Shown here one piece after another: positions 26,577 through 36,360 of a stretch of 64,000 bases of DNA. Source of the stretch: Longimicrobiales bacterium (GTDB lineage Bacteria; Gemmatimonadota; Gemmatimonadetes; Longimicrobiales; Gaopeijiaceae). The notes under the pieces are model-generated. The model saw only the letters and a program-made list of their open reading frames with translations. It did no database searches and was not told the origin of the DNA. Every line of letters starts with the position of its first letter. The first letter of the stretch is position 1. The position numbers and the translations under genes were made by a program. The stretch lies in assembly GCA_965248195.1 (NCBI GenBank), contig CBDFIQ010000001.1:128001-192000 (forward strand), in the 5' to 3' direction.

Positions 26577-27588
26577 GGAGGCGCCGATGGAGCGTGTCCT
26601 CGAGGGCATCGCTTCGGCCATCATGGATGGGATGGAGCTGTCGCGGGAGAAGGCGGATTGGCTGGACACGCTCGCCTATTGGATGGGCAGTGCGAAGCCG
26701 GCCGGTGACGAGCGACGCCGGGAAGGCCTGAAGCGGGTCGCGATCGAGTTGGATGAGGCCTGCGGCGAAGTATCGAGGGACCTTGCTGAGAAATACCTGA
26801 ACGAGGGGGAGCTCGATTCGGCTATGCGCTTCGCGGAGTTGCGAACCTGGGTTTGCCAGCGGAGAGGGGACTACCGGGCACTGGTCGACGCGTGCGACGC
26901 AGGCGAGGCGATGTGCAGGACGGAGCAAGTTGCGGCAGGGTACCGAACACTGGGACTCTCCGAGTTCATACGCATGCGGGCGTACGCACTAACGCATCTG
27001 GCCGGGACGGCTGGCGGCGATGGCAAAGACGTGCGGGCGCGCGTCGCGCCGGAGTTCGATGAGCTGAGTCGGGTCTTTGCCGAGATCGGAACTGAGGGAT
27101 GGAGGCTCAGCAGAGAGGAGTGGCTGGCCCTGCAGGAGAGGGGAGCCGGAGGCTTCGCGCTGTCACATCGGCGTTCCCGCGATGACTCGATGACCTTCAA
27201 AGCAAACGTCGTCTCCAACGAACATGACGCCATCGGTGCGATGTATCTGATTCAGGTCCTGGAGAGTCGCGGGGGTTTCGTGAACTGGATCCACCATAAG
27301 GACTTCGAGCCCGGGCAACTCGATCAGGAGGGTGCCCGGCTCACCGTCCTGCTCGGCGGCCCCAAGACTCCCGATTTCTCAGACGTGGCACACCGCTTCT
27401 ACGAATCCGACCGCGACGCCTACCTGCGAATGTACTCGGGGCTTCACTTCGGGCCTATCGCTCTCAAGCTCGTGGACGAGGAGACTCGCTCCGTGGCGTT
27501 CATGTTAGGGGGGGCCTCCAAGCTCCACACGTTGCAGGCGGTCCACGACTTCGCGAATAGCGATGAGGTGACCCACATCATCGGCTAG
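26413..27588 (+). CDS. C-terminal part of the NLR-like protein: APAF1-type helical domain, TPR-like helices, small alpha/beta domain
   Basis: Frame is open from 26371. YCVRFLCRHL..WEELGRLLADVRFL resembles the APAF1 helical motif that normally follows NB-ARC. Confidence 0.8.
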   Translation: MTSYCVRFLCRHLREGCCWEELGRLLADVRFLRRKQEPAAQLGLEEEILDLLADEEAPMERVLEGIASAIMDGMELSREKADWLDTLAYWMGSAKPAGDERRREGLKRVAIELDEACGEVSRDLAEKYLNEGELDSAMRFAELRTWVCQRRGDYRALVDACDAGEAMCRTEQVAAGYRTLGLSEFIRMRAYALTHLAGTAGGDGKDVRARVAPEFDELSRVFAEIGTEGWRLSREEWLALQERGAGGFALSHRRSRDDSMTFKANVVSNEHDAIGAMYLIQVLESRGGFVNWIHHKDFEPGQLDQEGARLTVLLGGPKTPDFSDVAHRFYESDRDAYLRMYSGLHFGPIALKLVDEETRSVAFMLGGASKLHTLQAVHDFANSDEVTHIIG

Positions 27589-27650
27589 TATCGGGCCTCT
27601 TTGTTATTCCGGGGGCTGACGATCACCACGCCTTCCACGAAGACGCCAGG

Positions 27651-29339
27651 CTAGCGTCCGTCCGCCTCGACCGGGAGGGCGAAGACGTAGATCGCGTTGC
27701 TCCGATTGCCCCCAACCGGCGCCGCCACGTATTGCCTGCCGTCGACCGCGTAGGTGATCGGGAACCCCTGCACCGAAGCGGGCAATCGCGTCCGGAACAG
27801 GACGTCGCCGGTGGCGGCATCGTGGAAGTACAGATTACGGTCGGTGTCGGCACTGACCACCAGGCCGCCGCCCGTCGTAAGCGCCGCCGCGTGCGGGGCC
27901 GTGGGCGTGGAGTGCCGCCACAGGATCTCGCCGCTGTTGATGTCCATGGCGATCAGGTGGCCGCGGTGGTCCGGGCTGTCGGGGTGCGCCGTGGTTCCTT
28001 CCGAGCGCCACCCGCTGTTCGAGTAGTAGGGCGCTTGGATTACCTTTTCGATCTCGGTGAACGTCCCCCGTACACAGGTCGGGTGTATGGGGATGTATAG
28101 CGCCTGCGTCTGCGGGTGATACGCCGACGCCGGCCAGTTCCTGATGCCTCGGAAGTCGGGGCAGAACCCGAGCTCCACCCCTACCTGAGGGATCGTTCCG
28201 GGCCGGTAGGTCACCTCGCCCGTCCGTGGGTCTACGTCGATCAGAGTTTGATACCCGAGGTCGTGCGCCGCCACGAACGCTCCACTCGTCCGATCGATCT
28301 CCCAGAGGATGCCCATCTTACCCATCTTGAAGAGCGAGCGTCGGCCGTCGTGGTCGATGAGCACGCTCTCGAACACGTCATCAAGATCATGGGTCTCGCC
28401 CGGCACGAACTGGTAATACCACTCCAGCTCGCCGGTCGCCGGATCGAGCGCGAGCACGCTGTTGCTGTAGAGCGCGTCGCCGTCGGTCCCCCGGGTCAAT
28501 CGGGCCCAGGGCTTGGCCTGTGACGTCGACCAGTACGTCAAGTTGGTCTCCGGGTCGTAGCTGCCCGGAATCCACGAGTCGGCGCCGGCTCGATATTCGA
28601 GGAGCAGGTCGCCCCAGGTGTCACCTCCGGGCTCGCCGGGAGCCGCGATGGTCGAGGTACGCCAGACCTCTTCGCCCGTGTCGGCGTCATGGGCCGAGAT
28701 GAAGCACACATCCTCCTTGAAGCGCTCGCACCCGCTCATTCCGGCCACGATGTTTCCGTTCACCACGATCGGGCCACTGGTGTACCGGTAGCCGAGCGCT
28801 CGGTCCGCCACGGTGTGATCCCAGGCCACCTCGCCCGTGCGGGCGTCGAGCGCCACGATGTGCGCGTCCGAGGCGTTGAGATAGATCTTGTCGCCGTAGA
28901 TCGCGATCGACCGGGAGCGGCTGCTCAAGGTCTCGTCCGGGGGGCCCTCCAACACACGGTCGTACTGCCATAGCAGGTCTCCCGTGACGGCGTCGATCGC
29001 CTGAATGATGTTGTTCGGATTCGCGATGTACATCACGCCATCGTAGACGAGCGGCGTCGGCTGGCTGGCGCCCGGCTCCATACGCCAAGCCCAGACGAGC
29101 TGGAGCCGATGCACGTTGTCGGTGTTGATCTGGTCCAGCGGGCTGTACCCCCACGCATCTAATGTGCGCCGCCAGTTCAGCCAGTCTGCCGGGTCGGGGT
29201 TCGCCAGCATCGCTGACGTGACCGGGGTGAATTCGCGATCCTGGGCGGCGGCTCCGGTCGCCCCCACTGCTGCGAACAGTACCGTCGCCGTAATCGTGAT
29301 GGGCGACCCGAAAAGTGAAGTCCGATTCCGAATGCTCAT
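27651..29339 (-). CDS. PQQ-dependent dehydrogenase (alcohol dehydrogenase-like), secreted
   Basis: Signal peptide; DWLNWRRTLDAWGYSPLDQIN; PTPLVYDG; HDLDD; GRQYVA. Confidence 0.9.
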   Translation of the reverse strand: MSIRNRTSLFGSPITITATVLFAAVGATGAAAQDREFTPVTSAMLANPDPADWLNWRRTLDAWGYSPLDQINTDNVHRLQLVWAWRMEPGASQPTPLVYDGVMYIANPNNIIQAIDAVTGDLLWQYDRVLEGPPDETLSSRSRSIAIYGDKIYLNASDAHIVALDARTGEVAWDHTVADRALGYRYTSGPIVVNGNIVAGMSGCERFKEDVCFISAHDADTGEEVWRTSTIAAPGEPGGDTWGDLLLEYRAGADSWIPGSYDPETNLTYWSTSQAKPWARLTRGTDGDALYSNSVLALDPATGELEWYYQFVPGETHDLDDVFESVLIDHDGRRSLFKMGKMGILWEIDRTSGAFVAAHDLGYQTLIDVDPRTGEVTYRPGTIPQVGVELGFCPDFRGIRNWPASAYHPQTQALYIPIHPTCVRGTFTEIEKVIQAPYYSNSGWRSEGTTAHPDSPDHRGHLIAMDINSGEILWRHSTPTAPHAAALTTGGGLVVSADTDRNLYFHDAATGDVLFRTRLPASVQGFPITYAVDGRQYVAAPVGGNRSNAIYVFALPVEADGR

Positions 29340-29565
29340 CTAACGTCCTCCGGGTCGATGGGACTCGTAACGTCTCGTCGTCGGGGCGGGCGTCCTATAG
29401 GCGTCTACAGCGGCGGCGGGAGCAGAAGGCCCCATTTGCTCAAGCTCTGATGATAGATGGCTCGCACCTCCTGCGCCATCCGTCGCGGATGCGACCCGAA
29501 AGCTACTGAATTAGGCGGGGGTGCCATGGCTTGTGGCTAACATCAGGGCAGAGTAGTATCTCAGA

Positions 29566-30594
29566 ATGCGAAGAGTGCTTATGTCGCTTAGACGGCCTCG
29601 GGTCGGCCCGATTTTCGCCCTTTGCCTCGCGACCTCGTTGGTGGGGCCGGTCTCGTCTCTAGGGGCGCAGACCGCGTGGGTCGTGCCCCGGACGCCCGAC
29701 GGCCACCCGGATCTCCAGGGTAACTGGACCAACGAGACACTCACTCCGCTCGAGCGCCCGCGTGACCAAGGTCGCATTCTCACCCCGGAAGAGGTGACCA
29801 GGATCGAGCAGGGACAAGCGGGTGGGACCGACGCGGTCTGTTTCTATGGACCCGGGACATGTACCGACCGTATCACGCTAGTCGAAGGAGTCGACTTCCA
29901 TGTGGCCACCGTGAATGGTGAGCCCAGGAGCTCGCTCGTCACGCATCCGCCTGATGGCCGTGTGCCGTCGCTGATTCCTGAGGCGCTTATGCGGTCCGAG
30001 GACCCTCGGGCGCCCTGGAACCGGTTCGGGCAGTACGACCATCCGGAGCTCGCACCCCTCTCCGAGCGGTGCCTCATGTCCTTCGGTAGCAGCGCCGGTC
30101 CACCGATGATCCCCAACCGCCGCCTGTACAACAACAACTACACGATTGTGCAGACCGCCTTACACGTGCTGATCATGGCGGAGATGATCCACGATGCGCG
30201 CATCATCCGGATCGGCGATGGCCCGCGGCTTCCCGCACACATGAGACCGTGGATGGGTGACTCGTGGGGCCATTGGGAAGTTGATGTGCTCGTGGTCGAG
30301 ACCACCAACTTCCATCCGTTTCAGCGGTTCCGTGGCAACGCATCGGACAATCTGAAGGTGACCGAGCGGTTCCGCCGGGTCGACGAGGAGACCATCCTGT
30401 ACGAGTTCACGATCGACGACCCGACGACGTACGCCGAGCCCTGGGGAGGCGAAGTCCCGATGAAGGCGCTACACGACCGACTCTACGAGTACGCGTGTCA
30501 CGAAGGGAATCATAACCTGGTGGGTATACTGCGCGGCGCACGCTATCAGGAACGCCTGGAGGCCCAGAGCCGAGCGTCGGCGAGCCTTCGATAG
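29566..30594 (+). CDS. Conserved secreted hypothetical protein (PDLQGxW...EYACHEGN family), copy 1
   Basis: PRTPDGHPDLQGNW, ERC, WMGDSWGHWE, VETTNF, EYACHEGN; homologous to 62574..63740. Confidence 0.8.
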   Translation: MRRVLMSLRRPRVGPIFALCLATSLVGPVSSLGAQTAWVVPRTPDGHPDLQGNWTNETLTPLERPRDQGRILTPEEVTRIEQGQAGGTDAVCFYGPGTCTDRITLVEGVDFHVATVNGEPRSSLVTHPPDGRVPSLIPEALMRSEDPRAPWNRFGQYDHPELAPLSERCLMSFGSSAGPPMIPNRRLYNNNYTIVQTALHVLIMAEMIHDARIIRIGDGPRLPAHMRPWMGDSWGHWEVDVLVVETTNFHPFQRFRGNASDNLKVTERFRRVDEETILYEFTIDDPTTYAEPWGGEVPMKALHDRLYEYACHEGNHNLVGILRGARYQERLEAQSRASASLR

Positions 30595-30616
30595 ATCCAA
30601 ATGTCCTCCGCGAGAC

Positions 30617-30648
30617 GAGCGGAGGGCGCCGAAGGCGCCCGAAGCTCA
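30617..30648. terminator. GC-rich hairpin between convergent genes (terminator or REP-like)
   Basis: GAGC..GGGCGCC GAA GGCGCCC..GCTC. Confidence 0.5.
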
Positions 30649-30709
30649 ATCCGGATGAGCCCAGGTAAGCTTCCCTGGCCGCCTTGCCACCTGCGGGTGC
30701 GGATCTAAC

Positions 30710-31606
30710 TCAGGAGAGAGCCGCTTCGTACAGCTCGATCAGCTTGCCCCAAGCTCGCTCGGCATCGGCCTCATCGTAGATCGGCGTTCCGCCCTGAGCC
30801 GGCATGTCCGTGACGCACCAGCCGTGGGCACCGGAATACACTTCGACCTCGGCCTCGACGCCCGCGTCCGCGAAGCTCTCTCGTAGTACGTCCTTGGCTT
30901 CAGGCTGTTGTGCGTCGTCGTTGGAGGCGATGCCGAAATACATGCGTGCCTGGATGTTCGGCGCCAGCAGATGCGGGCTATTCGGGTTGTCGGTCACCAG
31001 TCCCCCTCCGTGGAAGGATGCGGCGGCGCCGATGCGATCCGGCAGGGCGGCGGCGGTCCTGACGATCAGCGGTCCGCCCATGCAGTAGCCCTGCGTGCCG
31101 ATCTTCTTCGATGTATCCACCTGCGGTTGCGCGTCCAGAAACGCGATGTAGGGGGCGGCGTCCCGTTCGGCTGCGCCCGGCGCGGTCACCGAGCCCATCA
31201 GCGGACCCAGCCTCGCCCGGTCCTCTTGATTCGAGAAGTCGAAGGAGGCGACGTCGTCGAACACCGGCGCCCTCTCGACCCGATAGAACGGGTTCGGCAC
31301 CAGCACGGAGTACCCTTCCGCTGCCAGCCGCCTCCCCATTGCGCGAAAAGAGGGCCGCAGTCCGAATGCGTCCGTCCAGATAAGCACGCCCGCATAGGCA
31401 CCTGTCCGCGGGTGAATATAGGCAGCGTCCGCGGTCCCATCGGGGGTCGTAATCTCGACGTCCTCTTCGACCACCTCAATGCCTTGTGCCGTGCAGCCCG
31501 CGGTGACTGCAACGCCCGCGGTCACCGAGAAAGCTACAAAGTCGCGGCGCGTCATCTCGCCAGGCTGCGCATCGCGTTTCGGTTGCTTCGCTGGACCTTT
31601 GGCCAT
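30710..31606 (-). CDS. Dienelactone hydrolase family protein, Tat/lipoprotein signal
   Basis: TRRDF Tat motif and TAGC lipobox; DAFGLR; GYCMGG nucleophile; SFHGG; AHGW. Confidence 0.92.
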   Translation of the reverse strand: MAKGPAKQPKRDAQPGEMTRRDFVAFSVTAGVAVTAGCTAQGIEVVEEDVEITTPDGTADAAYIHPRTGAYAGVLIWTDAFGLRPSFRAMGRRLAAEGYSVLVPNPFYRVERAPVFDDVASFDFSNQEDRARLGPLMGSVTAPGAAERDAAPYIAFLDAQPQVDTSKKIGTQGYCMGGPLIVRTAAALPDRIGAAASFHGGGLVTDNPNSPHLLAPNIQARMYFGIASNDDAQQPEAKDVLRESFADAGVEAEVEVYSGAHGWCVTDMPAQGGTPIYDEADAERAWGKLIELYEAALS

Positions 31607-31754
31607 GGTTACCCCCTTTGGAGGAAGGTATCATCCGGTTTCCTCTCGTGCTTGAGGTCGTCCGCCAGAGTTGTGTTAGATGGGTCGGGTACAACCTAGG
31701 ACGGGAACCAAGAGCCACGAGACGCCAATCCCCACCTCGACCCTTGGACCTACC

Positions 31755-32783
31755 ATGACCGCACGGACTGCTCGTCGGCTTCGCTCCACCTTCTGGATTA
31801 CGGTGGTGTGCGTGATTTACGGGACTACTTTCGACATGCTCCTGACCCTTTACGAGACCGGAGCCGTCGGCCGGCCCGCGTTCGGCGCCAGCGTCGGGGT
31901 GGGCCTCGGGGTCTGTCTCGCACTTCTGGAGCACTCCAGGTTCGCCGGATGGATGGTGCGTCTTCCGTTTACCGTCGCTCTCCTAACCAAGACGATCACC
32001 TACGTCCTCGTCCTGACCGCTGTGCTTGTCTTCTTCGGCCTCGTTTTCGGGACCATGACGCTCCTCGGACCGACAGGGGAACCATCGTTGTTGACGCAAC
32101 CGGATTTTTATCTGTTTCTCGGAATGACTCTGTCGCTCTACTCGGTCATCATCTTCTTTCGGCAACTCGATCGACTCCTGGGCCCGGGAGTGCTCGTAAG
32201 GGTCCTCCTCGGGCGTTATCATCGCCCGCGGCGGGAACACCGCGTGTTCATGTTCCTCGATATCAAGTCCTCCACCAGCATTGCGGAACGACTGAGCAAA
32301 GAGGCGTACTACTCGTTCGTGAACGATTTCTTCAGGGACATCTCTCTTCCGATCTTGAACGCCGGCGGCGAGATCTACCAGTATGTCGGAGACGAGGTGG
32401 TGCTCACGTGGAAGCAGGAGCTGGGCACGAGAGACGCGAACTGCCTGCGGGTCTTCTTCGCCATAGACGCAGCGATTGAAGACAGGAAGCAACACTATCT
32501 GAATCGATACGGTATCGTGCCCGAGTACAAGGCAGGAGCGCACCTCGGGGAGGTGATCACGGCCGAGATCGGTGATCTCAAGAAGGAGATCGTGTACAAC
32601 GGCGACGTCCTGAACACGGCCGCCCGGATCCAAGCCATGTGCAACGAGTTGGAGAGGCGGTTCGTTGCCTCGAAGCAACTCATTCAGGCGCTGGTGGTGC
32701 CCGAGGACTTCTCGATCGAAGAATTGGGCGCTGCCACCCTCCGAGGGAAGGCGCAGCCGTTGGAGTTGGTCGGACTCGCATGA
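31755..32783 (+). CDS. Membrane-bound class III adenylate/guanylate cyclase
   Basis: Four TM helices; FMFLDIKSST; QYVGDE; GDVLNTAARIQ; LRGK. Start at ATG 31755 or 31680. Confidence 0.9.
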   Translation: MTARTARRLRSTFWITVVCVIYGTTFDMLLTLYETGAVGRPAFGASVGVGLGVCLALLEHSRFAGWMVRLPFTVALLTKTITYVLVLTAVLVFFGLVFGTMTLLGPTGEPSLLTQPDFYLFLGMTLSLYSVIIFFRQLDRLLGPGVLVRVLLGRYHRPRREHRVFMFLDIKSSTSIAERLSKEAYYSFVNDFFRDISLPILNAGGEIYQYVGDEVVLTWKQELGTRDANCLRVFFAIDAAIEDRKQHYLNRYGIVPEYKAGAHLGEVITAEIGDLKKEIVYNGDVLNTAARIQAMCNELERRFVASKQLIQALVVPEDFSIEELGAATLRGKAQPLELVGLA

Positions 32784-33201
32784 TCCTCTGCGCCGCATGC
32801 ATCCAGAAGGCTACTAGGCTAGCCTGGCGCCGGTCCGAGGGTACCTGCTGGGCGAGAACCAATAGTCCGCGTCGAAGCCGATGCGGGGAAAGGGCGAGGC
32901 GGTAAACCTCTATGCCGTCAGTCTAGCCGGCGACGGCACGGGCGGGAATGGAGACCACTCTTCGAGCGCTCCGGAATAGCTGAGCGTCGCAAGTGCCGGC
33001 CAGCGGTTCTCAGCGTGTGGGGCGGCAAGCTACCACTACACCTCTAGATACTGGACAGGGCCTGTGAACTTTCCCATCCTGATTTCGGCAGCTCCGTAGG
33101 ATCGAAGAGGTAGTGGCGGAAGGCCGCGTGCAGGGCACGGGAGCCCCATCGCATTAAGAAGAGCGGGGGAGCGCCCATCACATGAGGAACGGAGACCTAA
33201 C

Positions 33202-34836
33202 ATGAGCAAGGACAAGCCCAAGGGTGCGATCAGCAGGCGAGGTTTCGTCAAGACCGGCGCGGCTGCCGGCCTCGGTGCGACTGCCTTCGCGGGGATGGTC
33301 GAGACCGACCTCGAGGGACAGAGTCCCGCGCAAGAGTGGGGCATGACCGCGGATGTCGTGATCGCCGGAGCGGGTGTTTCGGGGCTCTCCGCGGCGATTG
33401 AGGCCCTTGATCGTGGCGCCTCCGTAATCATGGTGGAGGAGAACTTCGACTGCGGTGGCCATGGAATCGTGAGCGGCGGACGTGTCAACCTGGGCGGAGG
33501 AACGACTCGCCAGCGGAGGCACGGGGTGGAGGACTCAGCCGACGCCGTGTTTGCGGATTGGATCCGCCCCCAACCTTATCAAACCCGATACACGGACCGG
33601 GATCTGACTCGGGTGTACGCGGACCTGAGCGCCGAGACCTTCGAGTGGATGGTTGAAAACGGCGTCCAGTTTCAAGACGAGGTGGTAGGAGCTGACTCGA
33701 GAAATGGGCGGACTGTTCAGTGGCCCGTTTACGAGGAGCTGATCACGTCGGTGGAGACCCGGCTCGGGTCCGGGCTGGTAAGGGCGCTGGAGAAGAGCGC
33801 CCGGGCCAAAGGTGCCCAAATCCTGCTGCTCCATAAGATGACGGAGCTCGTTCAGGACCCCTCCACGGGAAGGGTCGTGGGGTTGGCGGCGGTCCATGAA
33901 GGTCAGCCGGTGCGGATCCGGGGGACCAGGGGAGTGATCATCGCGACGGGGGGCCATACGAGCAACGTGAACTTTCGGCGCATGTTCGACCCCAGGCTGA
34001 CCGAGGAGTATCAGGTGGCAGGCGAGCCATACTCCAAGCAGACTGCGGATGGAGAGCTCGCGGCCATGGCGCTTGGAGCGGCGCTCTGGGGGACCGCCAG
34101 CCAGACCATGGAGGCGGGCAACTGGATTTCGAAGACGGCTCATATCGGGTGTCAATACGGCTATTCGAGTCTCCATTGGCAGCCCGATAGTCCCATCTTC
34201 GAAAAGGTGCGCGCCTCCGGTTTGACGGGTGTGGATTGGCGGAACACCATTCTCGTGAAGCAGACGGGGGAGCGGTTCCACAATGAGATGGACACAGGCC
34301 ATGACTTCTTCGCAGCCTGTCTGTCGTACAGTGGGGATCCGAACAAGAAGAACGGTGGAGGACCGATCTGGGCGATCTTCGACGCAGAGGCGGTAACGCG
34401 CCAGAGGTGGGATCCCACCCCACCGAACGTGGATCCGAACGGGTACTTCTACAGCGCGGATACGATCGCGGAGTTGGCGGGGGAGATTAAGAATCCCTAT
34501 CAGACTCTGTCCATGCGAGGTGCCGTGTTGCAGGAAACCGTGTCCCGTTACAACTCGTTCGTGGACACGGGCACGGACGAGGACTTCGGTAAGCCGACTC
34601 CCCGGTACAAGATCCAAACACCGCCGTTCTACGCTGCGTGGTCTACGCCCATCCTGCACGACTCCTTGTGTGGACTGAGAGTAGACACCAGGGCTCGGGT
34701 GGTCGACGTCCATGGAGAGGTGATTACCGGTCTATATTGTTGCGGTGAATCCATGGGTGGATTTCCGCAGCATGGCCTGGGTAGATCCTCGCTGTTTGGC
34801 CGCGTCGCCGGCAGGGATGCAGCCGTAAATGGGTGA
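33202..34836 (+). CDS. Tat-exported FAD-dependent oxidoreductase (flavocytochrome c/fumarate reductase flavin subunit-like)
   Basis: GGAG RBS; SRRGFVK Tat motif; DVVIAGAGVSG; IIATGG; DEDFGK; ITGLYCCGE; FGRVAG. Confidence 0.9.
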   Translation: MSKDKPKGAISRRGFVKTGAAAGLGATAFAGMVETDLEGQSPAQEWGMTADVVIAGAGVSGLSAAIEALDRGASVIMVEENFDCGGHGIVSGGRVNLGGGTTRQRRHGVEDSADAVFADWIRPQPYQTRYTDRDLTRVYADLSAETFEWMVENGVQFQDEVVGADSRNGRTVQWPVYEELITSVETRLGSGLVRALEKSARAKGAQILLLHKMTELVQDPSTGRVVGLAAVHEGQPVRIRGTRGVIIATGGHTSNVNFRRMFDPRLTEEYQVAGEPYSKQTADGELAAMALGAALWGTASQTMEAGNWISKTAHIGCQYGYSSLHWQPDSPIFEKVRASGLTGVDWRNTILVKQTGERFHNEMDTGHDFFAACLSYSGDPNKKNGGGPIWAIFDAEAVTRQRWDPTPPNVDPNGYFYSADTIAELAGEIKNPYQTLSMRGAVLQETVSRYNSFVDTGTDEDFGKPTPRYKIQTPPFYAAWSTPILHDSLCGLRVDTRARVVDVHGEVITGLYCCGESMGGFPQHGLGRSSLFGRVAGRDAAVNG

Positions 34837-34884
34837 GGCTGATGGGTGAGGCTGATCCTCGGCACCGTGGAAGGGTGAAGGGCC

Positions 34885-35856
34885 GTGGCTAGATCGGCCG
34901 GCGGCGGGGAAGGCCGGACATCAGCGACGGGACACCAGCCGACCGTCGAGCTCCGTGAGGCCTTCCCGCCGGAGGTGGAAGCCGGAGCGGATATTGTGGT
35001 GAGGGCACGAGTCTCGTGCCCCGAGGGGTGCGACCTGCGGGGCGGGCTCGTGAACATCGCGAGCTCGGAGGAGGTCGTCCTGACGAGGGAGCTCGGGGGA
35101 CCTGAAAGCGCTGAGACCGCGGAGACCGAGGACCTCGTTCTGAACGCGCCGGCTCAGGTCGGCGAAGAGGTATGGTCGATTACGTTCCCCAGGCAGGAGG
35201 TCGGGGACGTCGTCCACGAGGAATACGTTCTCACCGTCACCTCCACCATTCTGCCACACGCCACGAGCGTGGCTGTATGGGATGTCCCGTCGCCGGTGAG
35301 GGGCAGTCGTTTCGGGGTCAGGGTTGGGATCAAATGCTCTGCCCTCTGCAGTTTGGGGGGGCAACTCGTAGAGATCCGGGATGAGGCGGGGGTCAAGCTG
35401 GGCGAAGGAAGACTCGGCGAGGACCCGCGGCCGGGCACGAGCGCCCTGTACGAGGCAGAGGTGAGTCTGGTCGCACCGAGCCAAGCGGGTGTGTTTTCTC
35501 GTTCCGTCAGCTTTGCGCCCACAGAGTTGGACTTGCCGCATCGAGAGGCCTCGGGGGACTTTACGTTCCGCTCCCTCGAGCCGCCCGAGCATACCGTCAC
35601 CGTGCGGGTCGTTCCCAAGGACTTCGACGCTCCCATGGACAACATCGAGGTGCGACTGGGTGCTTATCGGGCGGAGACCGACGAGCGAGGACTGGCAAGC
35701 GTGGAGGTGCCGAAAGGCACGTACGAGTTGAGCGCTTGGCGGATCGATATCGAACCCGTGTCGACGGAGCTGGAGGTGACGGGGGACGCCACGGTCGAGG
35801 TCGACGCCGCGCCAAGGCGCGTCGTCGATGAAGATGAGGAGCGGATGTGGATGTGA
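34885..35856 (+). CDS. Acidic multi-Ig-fold hypothetical protein with a C-terminal carboxypeptidase-regulatory-like domain
   Basis: Two related beta-sandwich units each with CxxxCxL; TDERGLASVEVPKGTYELSAW. Confidence 0.7.
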   Translation: MARSAGGGEGRTSATGHQPTVELREAFPPEVEAGADIVVRARVSCPEGCDLRGGLVNIASSEEVVLTRELGGPESAETAETEDLVLNAPAQVGEEVWSITFPRQEVGDVVHEEYVLTVTSTILPHATSVAVWDVPSPVRGSRFGVRVGIKCSALCSLGGQLVEIRDEAGVKLGEGRLGEDPRPGTSALYEAEVSLVAPSQAGVFSRSVSFAPTELDLPHREASGDFTFRSLEPPEHTVTVRVVPKDFDAPMDNIEVRLGAYRAETDERGLASVEVPKGTYELSAWRIDIEPVSTELEVTGDATVEVDAAPRRVVDEDEERMWM

Positions 35857-35925
35857 TAAGGCTCGCCCGTCCGCGAAGCAAGGGCGGAAATTCTGACCTG
35901 CGGTCCGACTATGCGAAACCACCCG

Positions 35926-36102
35926 TCAGCGTGTAAAGGCGTAGTAGATCACGTAGACCCACGACAAGACACCGTGGATGACAGCCCATAGGATGGACTG
36001 ATGAAGTGACCAGGAAATGACCATTGCAAGGGCGCTGCCGAAGCCGATCCCGCCACGCACCACATGCCCTCTGGTGGCTCCCCTCTTCCATTTCGCACTC
36101 AA
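35926..36102 (-). CDS. Small conserved membrane protein (~58 aa)
   Basis: GGAGG RBS + TTG start; GIGFGSALAMVISWS..SILWAVIHGVLSWVYVIYY. Confidence 0.7.
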   Translation of the reverse strand: MSAKWKRGATRGHVVRGGIGFGSALAMVISWSLHQSILWAVIHGVLSWVYVIYYAFTR

Positions 36103-36360
36103 GGCGTCCTCCGATGATCGAGTCCTTTCGCGGCTTGCCCTACGGATCCGCGAATCTGCTGCGCAGCTAAGATGGTGACCGAGGGCGAAGCGAGCGAGCG
36201 TTATAGAGCAGACAGCCTCCTCCGCCACCACCTGCCGCACGGTCTCACTCCAGAACGGCGTCTGCGCCCGGACGCAGATCTGTGGTGCGTAAACCAGTGC
36301 TTGCACGTCGAGGCGAGGAACCGCAGTATGCTTCAGGTCCCACACAGGAGGAAGGTCGCG

